Assembly: GCF_964204645.1 (NCBI RefSeq)
Contig: NC_134030.1
Span: 21,350,210 to 21,414,209, forward strand
Source of the DNA: Tubulanus polymorphus
Taxonomy: Eukaryota > Animalia > Nemertea
DNA length: 64,000 nucleotides
Direction of reading: 5' to 3'
The notes beneath the pieces are model-generated. The model was not told the DNA's origin, made no database searches, and saw nothing but the letters and a program-made list of their open reading frames with translations. Made by a program: the position numbers and the translations under genes. Below are positions 1 through 12,200 of the stretch, piece by piece. Within the stretch, counting starts at the first letter, position 1. Each line of letters opens with the position of its first letter.

Positions 1-1230
1 GACTTCTGACATACATCTGTCAGAGACTTGAAATATCTTATGGCAATTGATTTTATCTAAATACTGAATAAATATTGTATATTTCATGACTTGTCGGAGC
101 AATCAACACTGGGTCTTACTCCCAAATCATCTTTATCAATGATTGGACGCATAATTAGGTATACTCGTCGGTGATTGGTTAAATGGCAATCTGCATATCA
201 ATCTGCATATCTGCATATTATAAAATGGACGTATCGGCCCACTCCGCGCGGTTGCGCCACCACGCGGAATTTTCGCGATGCAGCAAACACAAACATGGCC
301 ACTCTCTCAATTTTCAATGATAGAAATCGTGTGTGCATTTCAATTATTTCGGCTGTTAGGGTTTTAAGGCACAATATAAGTTGATGATGTGATATGGCGA
401 TGTTAATTAATGATAATTCCGCAGTGAAGCTAGTCACGAACGGTGCCGATTGAGTGTACAGCTGCCAAAAACACTGAAATGTGCGTAGTTGCGTTACTAT
501 TTGCAGTGAATTGCAGACGAAACATGAAGCCTTAACGGCCGTTTAAAAAAAATTATACCAATCGCAATTGTAAAATAAAAATGACATAGAACCTAAGTCA
601 AAATTCTGGCCATTTCTAAAATGTTATTACTAATTTTTAGTCAGTGCCGAACGTTTAGTTTTCCAACAATAATGAGGGGGTGGTAGGTAGTCATGCAATT
701 CAAGTCATCATTTATTTCACGTTACTTCCGTGTTGTTGAAAATCTCGGGTGTCCTGGACCAAACCCCAATGATCAATGTGATCTGTGTGCTGGCCACAAA
801 TGCACACAGATCACACTACACTACCCATTACACACTCCAGTACCCACAGCTTTCATATATCCATCCAAATATTTAGTGGCTTTCTTCCTGGATGTAACCA
901 CCTGGTGTTAAGTGGATGAACTAATTAATGTAACTCAATGCAAAGTTTAATGTAAATTGATTGTATATTGTTGTATGATCCACTGGATGTTGTTTTATTT
1001 TATCAATAAAAATCAATTCAACATTGAACATCTCTCTCTCTGCGATATTGTAAAATATTACGATATTATTCGGGTGAATTTTGAGTATATCGCCGCAGGA
1101 AGAAGAAAACGACTTTGATTCGATTCGTTTCGAATCGCAATTTTATTGGAGTAAAACTGTGTTTCACAAAGAATCCATTCCTATCTCTATCAAGACAATG
1201 TTAGTAAACTGATGGAACTCGTGAAAGTGG

Positions 1231-4200
1231 TCAATCCTTTCTGCGCGCTCGTATCGCGGCCATTAACGCGTCTCTTGGGTCCTCAGCTGGAGCTGGTCTT
1301 GGTGGCGGAGCTGCGGGTTTAGGTGCCGATGCGGCTGGAGCGGGCGGCACAGAGGGTCCTGGCGGTTGCGGAGGAGCCGGTGGTGCTACCGCGGCTGGAG
1401 GAGGAGGGGCAGGAGCTAAAGGAGGAGGTGGAGCTGGAGTTGCTGGGGGTGGTGCTGCTGGTGGGGGAGGGGCAGGAGCTGCTGCTGCTGGTGGGGGAGG
1501 GACAGGAGCCGCCGGGGGAGGAGCTACTGGTGGGGGAGGGGCAGGAGCCGCCGGGGGAGGAGCTACCGGGGGAGGTGGTGCTGGAGCTGCTGGAGGAGGC
1601 ACAGTTAGAGGAGGTTGTGGCACCGGGGCTGGTGATACAAGAGTAGGCGGGACCGGATTCGCAAGGGGCGGCGGTGGTGGGGCGGCTACCCGTGGGGCGG
1701 GGGCGAACGAAGATGGAGCCGCTTTTGGGTGAGCGCGAGCTTGAGCTAATATAGAGTGTAGTCGAGGTAAATGCGACTCAGGCGCCGGTAACATCGGATA
1801 AGTCTCTTCATCATCATCGTCATCACCGTAACTATCAAACTCATCGTCTGGATACTCGTCGTAATAGTGAAACTGTTGATTCTCGTCCCACCAACCGTCA
1901 TCGTTATAGTACGTTCCTTTCTCGTGATTGTACCAGTAACCGTCGTGTCGGCTGTGTCGAGTAGCGGCCGCCAGTCTAGCGTGTCTGCTGACGCCGGCGA
2001 CCAGTCTATCGTGTCTGCTGCCGGGACGATAGCGATGAAGACCTTGACCCCGCGAGAATCGTCTCGAAGGTCGACCGTCTAGGCGACGAGCCTCGTCCTC
2101 GGCGCGGTTCAACTGTCAAATAAAGAAATGTCGATATTGAGTAAGGTAACTTAGGCCATGAAATAGTGATCAACTCTCCCACCAGAGGGCGCCAGTAAAA
2201 GCCTGACTACATTTTATGCAAGACATCCAAATATTGATAGGTGATTCACTTAAAACAAGTGGAATGATCTATCTCGGCATTAGATAATGTCCTACTGCGC
2301 ACTAGCGACACCTAGTGAATCGCCCTCGCTAATTATTATTTCAGTACTTACCGTTGCTAAGGATACCGCAAACTTTGTACCCGGAGTCTTGGATTCAGAT
2401 GATTTACCACAACACGGACACATCAGTTCGCGCATGCGCATACATCGTTTGGCGGCCATTGAATTTTTACAAGCCATTGTTATACAGCTACAATATACAG
2501 AGAAATTCAGGAGATTAGATTTGATGTCAAACCAGGTATCAATCTGCAGCCTATCGTGTTCAAAACACTATAACCATTCTCTTGGGACCCCTCAGACATT
2601 ATGCATGCCATCAACATTGTCATTCCTCAAATTCTATTCGAAAATTAACTAAAAACACCAGATATTAGACATTTTAATCAGCATACTTTCAAAAACTGAT
2701 CGTCGACACTTCACATGTGTTCAGTGCTTCACCTGAGACATTTCTAATTGAAAATGAACTACAAACACCAGACATTAGACATTTTATCAGCACACTTTCA
2801 AAAACTGATCGTTCACACTTCACATGTGTTCAGTGCTTCACCTGAGACATTTTTAATTGAAAATGAACTACAAACACCAGACATTAGACATTTTATCAGC
2901 ACACTTTCAAAAACTGATCGTCCACACTTCACATGTGTTCAGTGCTTCACTTGAGACATTTCTAATTGAAAATGAACTACAAACACCAGACATTAGACAT
3001 TTTATCAGTACACTTTTGAAAACTGATCGTCCAATGCCTCAAGGGGTGCAGGTTCCAAGATGCAGATTGATACCTGTATTGAAACTTTACTCGCGACGAT
3101 CGGAAAGCAGTGGTTGATTAGGAATATATTCGGGATATTTACCAGTATAAACAGCAAGGTGAAAAGCACAGGAGACAAATCACAATAACAGCGGCGGAAA
3201 TACCGACCATTGTACGAGCTTCTTGTACGTTGAAATCAAACCTGACTTCACCGGGTACTAGAAAAAAATAAAACACAAAAAATAAATAATCATGTCCATA
3301 TAATGGGGACAGTGTTTGTTAATCAACTATATTGACATCTTCACCCGTCAAGGGATTCGAACCCACTACGCTAAAGCTGTTCCCCGAACCCCTTGACCTC
3401 ACGAGTCGTTGGAGTCGTTACTAGCCGACCAGAATCCGGTCGTACCACTCATAGCGCTTGTCACAAACGACTTTAGGCTTCTGTTGGTTTTCCCGTTAAA
3501 TGGACCAATCAGCGAACGTTTTACCGAACAAGGAAGTATTTCGCAAATCGATATATGACGTCATGCGCAGCAACGCCAGTAATGAAATCACGCGTGGTGA
3601 GGCCAGGGGCCTGGTGGAAGCGAGTTCGGGAGTGATACCGGACCCCTGGCAAGCGAAGATGCTATTTTGACAGTATTTCTACAATTGAAAACGAGGCTTA
3701 ATATCTGTTGTCTGATATTGGTTCAAGGATGTTTAGTACATTTTGTCTTATTTCGTTCTATCCTTTGTTAATATCTATGTAGCTCATATATCCAACTGTA
3801 GCTGTGTTAGGCGATGTGATAACCCAGCAGGATCCAGTTTTACAGTTGAGAGTTCGTTATAAATTCTCAATGAGTCAAATTTCAAACTCCCGATACTGTG
3901 GAACTGTTCGAATAATTCGAAAACTTTTTCGTGAAATCCATCTCGTCTTACCGAAACACTCCTTCACGTTGTAGGTGGCGCTACCGTCCGTGGTACCGTT
4001 AGACGGGCAATCGAAACAGTTTCCCATCGCGAATTCCGCCTGGTACGTTCCCTTCTTACAGTCGTAACAGGTGTAATCCTCGGGTGGACTGTACTGTCCC
4101 GGGTGACACGGTACTGAAGCAATAAAACAACGGATTGAATTAGATTTAAATTCCTCGATGATTCAAATAAAATGGGACATTTTGTGAAGAAAACTGGTAA

Positions 4201-7200
4201 TTTACATTAGATTGGTTAACCAAAATGAGATTGATCAGCTATAGTACAAAACCGAGCTTTAACAGGTCTTAAGTTATTAGATATAGTTATAAAACCTAAA
4301 AAACGATAATGATTTTTGACCGGTCTTAAGTTGATAGATTGGTTACAGAACCACAAGTAGCTTCGACTGGTCTTAAGTTGTTAGATTTGTTATAGAACTA
4401 ATATGAGCTTAGACCGATCTTAAGTGATTAGATTGGTTATAGAACCAAAATGAGCTCAGACTGGTCTTAAGTTGTTAGTCTGGCTATAACAAATCTAAGC
4501 TTTCATTGGTCTAAAATTTAAGCTCTTTTGGATGGTCGGCTGCTTACTGCAAACAATATCCTGCACGCTATAACCCGCTGGACACGTAAACGTAAATTGC
4601 TTTTCCAGTGAATTCTTATCCAACCGGAAACTACCGGGACCAGTCTGCGCCACAGCACCCTCTGCTTGTAGGAATGCGTCTAAACTGCTGAATGCCTGTA
4701 ATACGATACGGAAAAAAAGTTTGAACATTTTAAAGAATGTTTTCCAAATTAGTATATCAATCTTTAGCCTCTTAAAGACATTGCTCACACTTCAGATCTG
4801 TTCAAAATCTAATTTGAGACATTTTTGATTAAAACTTAACTACAAACACTAGACATAAGACATTTTATCGGCACACTTTCAAAAGCTGATCGACGCTCTA
4901 TTCAGAATCATAATCAATTTCAATGGTGAATTTCTTGTAAGCGCTGGCCGCAGATTCTGCTACCCCTTTTGTTAACAAAATGGAAGATTGTCGTCGAGTC
5001 GTACCTGATTGAAGTTGGCCATAGCTTGCTGGCGCATGCAGATGAAATCGCAGTCGGGAAGCTCATAGGACGGGGAGGCCACGATGTTGAACTTCACGAC
5101 CAGCTCGTGCTGCAAACTGCCCATACTGGCGAAATAGTGACACTGTATATCAATCGTATTCACTGTACAGGCGGTCAGGGCACCGGGCGGGCAGATTTTG
5201 ATTCTCAGCAGTCGTTCCAAAGTCGTTCGTTTCGCGGCCAGCGAGTCGCAGTTCTCGGCCAGATAGCGGTATTTGGTTTCATACGTAAAGTGCGGTGTCG
5301 TGTACACTATAAAGAAATTTAAAATCCTCTACAAAAACCGTTTCGAAGAAATTCTCAAAGTTCTTAAATTAATCGATGTATTTCTTAATCATCTTTTTTC
5401 AAAATCGTGCGCATATTATACCTATGAGGTTTCTTTGAAATTCTTTCGTAATATCGGAGCCGGCCGCATCGCGACCCGTGACGTAACATCTGTACTGGCC
5501 GGAGTCTAACGCCTGCGCGTCGTTCACTACCAGGTCGCCGGACGGCGCCACCTGTAATCGGGAGCGGCTGATCCGCCGACCGATCTGGTCGGTCCAAACG
5601 ACATCCGGGTCCAGGAATTGTGACGCCATTTCGGATTTAATGCAAGGCACGACGACAGTCTTACCGCGGTGAACGTGGACTGAAATTGGAAGAAAAAAGC
5701 AATCAAACATCTGTGCTACATTCAACGGGTACGGGTACTGCAATGGAAATCGATGGGCTCGAAGGATCCACCAGGCGTCGCTAGTGTACAGTCAGAAAAA
5801 TAATTTCACCGCGCAAAAACGAACTTTTTGTTTTGCTCTGCAAGTTTCGTTTCGCATTTTACTATAACCAGGACCTAGTTCCACAGTTGTGAGTAAGAAG
5901 AGTTAACTCTGAGTTAAAGTTAGTTCATTTTCAATGAGTTAACTCTGAGTCAAATCTTAACTCAGAACTGTAGAATTGGATCCAGGTTCATATCAAAATA
6001 ATGCATGTGACAGACAAATAAACCATAGAATACGTTTGAACTAACCGTCGTTTCCCGTGGGAACCGGAGTTGTGTGCGCAGGCGCCACATCTGAAATAAT
6101 GAACATACTCCTTCAAACTGGAATCGTATATACGTTCAACATTTCAAAAGAGTCATGACACTGAAATTTGCCGCTCAGTCCTAGTTCCTTACGCCTGAAC
6201 TTGACTGTGCTCAAATCGTGAAAAGATGCAGTGGTCAATAGTGCGATATTGTGAAATAATGAATTCAACTTTTCTTAAAATCCAGTTATATGAAAAATTA
6301 ATTTCTAAAAAACACTCTTACTCAGTGGCAACTGTTCTCCCGGCGCGACCGGAAGCTGCAACCCGTAAACGGAAATGACGTACGACCCGTCAGAGGTAGG
6401 GAAGCCGCCGCATACGTCAGTCGGTTCCTGGACGCACTTAGCATTGCAGAGTTCACCTGGTACGTTCACTATTGACTGTAAGTCATCTTGGCGGCCGCAT
6501 AAACATTTGAACCTGAATGTGAAAATCATGTGTAAATATGTAATTTAATAGATAGTACATAAGAGTCCTGGGGGCCATATTTATTAAAAACGAAGAGTTT
6601 TTCATAAATTTCTTTTTGTTCGCTTACCCCATTTCCATAGCGATGAAACGAGTAGTTGGAATCGGAGGACAGGCTTCCACACAATCAGACAATCTGCCTT
6701 TCTGATGTTCCCCCAAACTGAACGCGCGATACAAACGTTTCGACTCTCTGAAACAGCCTATAAACGTCGGCGCTGCTGCAACGGGTAGAAAAGTATTTAC
6801 GATGATTTTGTAACTCTCCTCCAAACGAATTCCCGTGGTATTTGATGGGAAAAACAATTTTGTTTATAGATTAATTTTTACAAGAGGGAAAAATTGTTTA
6901 AAAAAATTGTTACAAAAGATAACAAGGTTATGTACGATTATGTATTGTGCTATTTACAAGTCACTACAACAGCGACTACAACAACGCCCCTTGCAGGCGT
7001 TTACCGAACTAATATTTACCCGGATCAGGCGATGTTGTGGCGTGTGGCGGCGATGTTTGTTTCGCTGGTGAATTTTCCCACATGCCTGGCGGTGCTCCGC
7101 CACCTGGCGGTGATAGTTGATTCCCAGACGAATATTTATTGAAATCAGATTGAGTGCCACCTAGCGATGGAGAACGTTGATAATCTTTCGGAGCCAAGTT

Positions 7201-8809
7201 TTGTGGTGGCTGTTTTGGGCTGTTCTGGACCCAATTGGGCGGTGGCGCCTGACGAAAATTCGGAGCTTCGCGAGTTTTCTTCTTTCTGATTTCAGCTGGG
7301 TTTTTCCCGGGATATTCGGTCGTCTGTTGTTCGCGTGAAATCGTGTCAGTATCTAAATACAGAATGAAACTGATGATAATGATATCGACTATGGCTTTCT
7401 TCGATAACCCATGAACTGTTCATGACATAAATTATCATGACATCGAAATGCCGATGCAACCAATTCGAATCAGACAGCTTTAAGGTCTGTCTGGATAAAG
7501 TGTAAAGCCTAATCTACGAGCAATTAAGATATTAGTATGCACGTAGACCTGTTGTTTATGGGTTTAGTTAGGGGCAAGTAAAAAGGATTATGTGATTCTA
7601 CTAGTCGATGAACGGCAGCACACTGACTGAAAGAGTGCAGGGTACAGACGGCAGATTGTCTGAGGGGGTGCAGGGTACAGACAGCAGATTATCTGAGGGA
7701 GTGCAGGGTACAGACAGCAGATTGTCTGAGGGAGTGCAGGGTACAGACAGCAGATACAGGGTACAGACAGCAGATTGCCTGAGAGGTACAGGGTACACAC
7801 AGCAGATTGTCTGAGGGGGTGCAGGGTTCTGACAGCAAATTGTCTGAGGGGTGCAGGATACAAACAGAAGATTGTCTGATGGGGTGCAGGGTCCAGACAG
7901 CAGATTGTCTGAGGGTTGCGGGATAAAGACCGCAAGTCTGATAGGGGTTGTTGCCGTAAGTGCAGCTACAGTTGCATTTGGGTAGACTCATTGATCAGGT
8001 TATGCTATTGGAGGGGTTTGGAATAACCTATAGACCTACCTAAACGGGTCTGTTGGATGTAGTGAGACCCGGTCGAATAAACCGACCAAGCCGTGTAGCG
8101 ATCCAGGGTAGTTTTACCCCCGCAGAATAACGACGAATTCAGCTCACAGGGGGCGTTGCAGTATTCGTCTTGGACACGTTTTATTTCGTCGGTTCCGTCG
8201 TTTAAAGTGTCACCGCATAAACAGATCTTTCTAAACAAAAACACAATTCAGTTTAAGTGATGGTAGGCTACGGAAAAATAGAACCAATTTCTGAATAAAC
8301 AAGCCATAATTTCAGATAATTAGGGTATAAAATTGGTTTGTTTACTCGTCACAAAGAAGGGCCCAGTTGCATAGTCCGACTTACGTTCAAAAGTAGACTT
8401 AGGCCTAGACCTTAAGACTGGTCGTTTATGAGAATTGGGCGTTTCATAGAGTTGTTAGTTCGGTAAACGCCTCAAGTCAAGTTGAAATAGACAGTCATTA
8501 GTCCACGTGTAATGTTATGAAATTAGGTATTAGATTAATCATAGGACTATGATATTCCTAGAAATCTATGCCTGTTCAAAAGCCCCTGGGTCCCGAATGT
8601 ACGTACCCATGTGATAAAGCGGCGTACTGTCGGTTATGGGCTCGACAGTGTGCCACGCACTCGACGGGGGCGCTCGAGGGCGTGGGGTCGAAGCGGAAAT
8701 TCCACTGCCCTACGACTTTATCAGCGAAACAGCCTTCATACTTCAACGCGGCGACGACGGTCTCGAAAAGCCAAAATAATTGCAAAAGTATCAGGGCATT
8801 ATTCTTCAT
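1231..8809 (-). CDS. Gene A: type-I membrane protein, SP-WSC-(P/S-rich linker)-WSC-Ig-Sp38(ZPBP-like)-Cys-rich repeat-TM-acidic/aromatic-polyPro-WH2 (~1037 aa)
   Basis: 13 GT-AG exons with compatible phases, total 3114 nt: 8607-8809, 8040-8230, 7020-7352, 6628-6775, 6322-6512, 6046-6090, 5422-5679 (Ig: VPC..W..DLVV..DSGQYRC), 5005-5306 and 4548-4695 (Sp38-like), 3952-4113 (CHPGQY..CKKGTYQ..C..CP), 3143-3257 (TM MVGISAAVIVICLLCFSPCCLY), 2352-2487, 1231-2112. WSC motifs YEGCF..C..C..CLCG..C..C..CGG..SVY. Ends in EDPRDALMAAIRARRKD. AATAAA on - strand at 1142-1147. Confidence 0.85.
2640..3035 (+). repeat. 109-bp satellite, ~3.5 copies
   Basis: Unit ..ACTACAAACACCAGACATTAGACATTTTATCAGCACACTTTCAAAAACTGATCG..; another monomer at ~4780-4895. 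Confidence 0.9.
4205..4515 (+). repeat. 47-bp satellite (TTAGACTGGTCTTAAGTTGTTAGATTGGTTATAGAACCAAAATGAGC), degenerate
   Basis: Family recurs throughout the window. Confidence 0.8.
5870..5985. mobile_element. MITE-like element with CCAGTTCCACAGTT-type inverted ends
   Basis: GGACCTAGTTCCACAGTT ... AACTGTAGAATTGGATCC. Relatives at ~3830-3906 and 25290-25515; tandem derivatives at 21940-22140 and 35690-35890. Confidence 0.55.
7620..7945. repeat. 33-bp minisatellite (GAGTGCAGGGTACAGACAGCAGATTGTCTGAGG)
   Basis: About 9 copies in gene A intron 2; fragment at ~19395-19460. Confidence 0.9.
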
Positions 8810-9285
8810 ATTAGGCTATCAAAGGCATCTTTTCACATCGTGTTCATTCGGTCAAAAATTCCCAGAAAATTGGTAGCGAATTCGGTTGTAACGAGGCTGG
8901 TGATTGGGTGAAATTATTTAACAATTATGTCCGGTGCAGTAACCGTTTCTATAGATATGGTAACATAGTAACCTCCTCGGGTTAGACAACAGGCATAAAT
9001 CGCTTGTGGTTGGATTCCGTTTTTTGCTTTTTAATATCTCGTTTTCTCGCATGGATTCCGACGATTCAACTGATCTGAAACTATTGCTCGATATTTTGTT
9101 GAAAGCTGGATTCCTTCTCTGATACATCCCGATGCGCATCATAGGAAATAAAGAATCCGCAGTCTCGGTAAGGTTTGTTTTTTTAGATTCATTGAAAGGC
9201 AATGTAATTCTTTTATAAAACAACACATTGTAATTCTTTTATAAAACAACACATTTTATTATACAATACAGTTCACATTCCATCG

Positions 9286-12200
9286 TTATTTAGGTGGAGG
9301 TGGTCCTGGAGGAGCGGGTGGTCCTGGAGGAGCGGGTGGTCCTGGAGGAGCCGGTGGCCTAAGTGGGGCTGGTGGGCCAGGTGGAGCTGGTGGTCCTGAT
9401 AAAGTTGGTGGTCCGGATGGTGGCGTTGCTTTTGGTGATCCTGGTGCTGGTGGTCCTGGAGGAGCTGGTGGTCCAGGAGTAGGTGGCAGACCAATTGGTG
9501 GCATCGGTGGTCCTGATAAAGCTGGTGGTCCGGGTGGTGGTGGTGCTTTCGGTAATCCCGGTGCTGGTGGTCCTGGTGGAGCTGGTGGTCCTTGTGATGG
9601 CAGTCCTACTGGTGGACCTGATGCTGGTAATCCTGGTAGTCCTGGTGGAGCTGGTGGTCCGGGTGGTGGCAGTCCAACTGGTGGTCCTGATGCTGGTAAT
9701 CCTGTTGGAGCTTGTGGTCCTGGAAATGACATCGGCGGGAGTGGTGGTCTCACTGGCATCTGTGGTGGTTCTGGTGGTCCTATCGGTGGTCCTACCGGAG
9801 GCGGAGGCACTGGTAACGGAGGTGTTGGTATACTAGAGGCCCCACCAGCGTCGCGAATTGCAGCTAACAGCTGCTGTCGATCATCACCAGGTGGAGCCAC
9901 GGGTACAACAGAATCGTTCCGGGCTATATTACGTATTGACGCAAACAACTGCTGCCGATCATCACCAGGTGGAGCCACAGGCACTACAGAATCGTTCCGG
10001 GCTATATTACGTATTGACGCTAACAACTGCTGCCGATCATCACCAGGTGGAGCCACAGGCACTACAGAATCGTTCCGGGCTATATTACGTATTGACGCTA
10101 ACAACTGCTGACGATCATCAACCAATCGTGGTTCGTTCGCTATCGCTTGTATGACGTCATCAGCGGTGACGTCATCGGTTTCGCTGTCACGCGCTAACTG
10201 CCGTATCGATTCTAACAACTCGCGCCGACCGAGCAGGTCAGCTGACATCCTGCGACTGGAGCGCCGTTCGCCGGCTTTATGATGCCTCACCGAGTCTCTT
10301 ATCGACTGCAATAACGCGTCTCTACCAGACGAACTAACCCTCCTCCGATTCGCAGACGACTCCTCCTTAACGGCATCGCGTATAGAACGTAACAGTTCCT
10401 CTCTTCCGGGAATTGCCGAGTATCTCCGAGCGGTAAAGTGATCCGATTCGTCGCTTGTGACGTCATATTCGACGGCCTCGCGTATCGACTCGAGCAGGGC
10501 TTTACGACCGGTATCGGCTGCCGATAAGCGTCGGCTTTCGCGACGGATGGCTCCGGCTATTTTAGCAACCGCTTCGGCCTCGCTATCCGCGCTATCCGTC
10601 GTTCCTAGGTCCCGGATAGATTTCAGAAGTTCTTCGCGGCCGTGCGTCGAATGTCGCTTAGAATGTCGTCTGCGATCGTCCGATCCTCGGTCGACCTTGT
10701 CACCGGCGTGTACGACTAACCCTTTGCGGCTCGATTTCGGACTCGGACCCGGTTTCGGGAGGTTTGCGCGCTGACCGCTATGCGAGGTTCTGGCTGAGAT
10801 CGGCGCGCTGTCCGCTTCGGACGAGTCCTCTTTAACCGTAGACGTCTTCCGCGTTTTAGCGCCGCTAAATTTCGGCTGCATCATCGACATCTGGCGTTCT
10901 TGTTTGGCCAGACTGGTTAACAGTTTAACCGACGTAGAATGCTCATCGGAACTTCCATGAGAAGAGCCCGAAGACTTTCCGACATCCTTTTTCGAAGGTG
11001 GAGGCGAAACCAACGACCGGCCCTCCTCGCTCTCCGAGGACGACTCGGGCGAAATCGCCTTCGTACGTTTCGCCTGTTCGACGACGTTGGCGAATTTCGT
11101 TTTAGGCGTAACGGCTTTGTTTTTAACGATTCGTTTAAAAGTCTTCAACAGACCCTTGCGACCGTCGAAGCTTTCAGTCGACCCGTCGTCGCCGGTTTTA
11201 GGAAGCGCCGGTGATACGGGCGGGAATAACATGTATTTCGGTATCGGTTTTGGTGGAGTCTTTTTCCCGTCGCTATCAGACGCTGTTTCTATCTGATGAG
11301 AGGAAATTGCCGGAACTGTTTGTGGTAAAGCGGCGCGCATTGATTTCAGTAAATCAGACTTCATCTGCTTCGTTTCTTCGTCGTCCTGTGCGTCGTCGTC
11401 GACTTCCGGTTCGATTTCTGTCGCCTGGAGTTCGAAGAAAAGCAATGAATGATTTTAATTGTGGCAAGTGAGAACCACTAGGTGTCTCTAGTGTGCAGTA
11501 GGACATCAACTACTGCGACAGGAGAGGATTCCACTTAAGGCAAGTGATGGTCCACCAGGTGTCACTAGGGTGCAGTAGGACATCGACTACTGCGGCAATA
11601 GAGGATTAAACTTGTGGGGATCCACCAGGTGTCGCCAGTGTACAGTAGGACATCGATGCTGGATCTCTAAACGAGGTTCAAAAATCTAGATGAAAGTTTT
11701 CTGTCCCACGGATACGCACGCCATCTAGTGGGAAATCTGGGGATACGCATATTCCACGTTGATATGGACTTATAGCTTTGGTAAATCAGAGATTTATGAA
11801 CTTACGCTTATCAAGGCCTGTTTTTCGGAGTCTGTTCCCGAAACTGGTTCCGTTTTCTCAGCGATGCGTTTGAATATTCGAGCCCAGATGCCTTTCTTCT
11901 CTTCCAGAGTTCTCTTATGAACCCCCAGAAAAGAAAATATTGCTTTAACATTTTACAATTAAACTTATTGAGCAGAAAATATGGGTACCTAATATTTCCC
12001 CCTATGACGCAATTAGGGTAACATCAAGTTCGTAAATGAATTTTCTATGACATAGATTATGACATCATAAACCAAAAGCTATTCGATGACATCATAGTTG
12101 CAGCCATCTTATTTTGAATTATGTGACGTCATAATGGGAATAAAGGGGCACCCATTTCAAGTTTACTGGGTAGGAGGGTGTTTACCTTTTGAATCTGATT

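Noticed and set aside
1-1100. Short ORFs at the window start
   Set aside because: No recognisable motifs or splice-consistent structure.
1323-1646. Plus-strand E/L/G-rich ORFs (also 9483-10154)
   Set aside because: Antisense shadows of Pro-rich coding exons.
3345-3372. B-box-like GGGTTCGAATCCC on the minus strand
   Set aside because: No cloverleaf or clear A-box; not called as a tRNA.
6894-7142. Plus-strand ORF with VTTTATTTTP, like a mucin exon
   Set aside because: Wrong strand for gene A, overlaps its exon 3, and has no supporting gene.
9286-9830. Collagen or formin call for the PPG-rich region
   Set aside because: No sustained Gly-X-Y register and no FH2 domain; it is the cytoplasmic tail of gene B.
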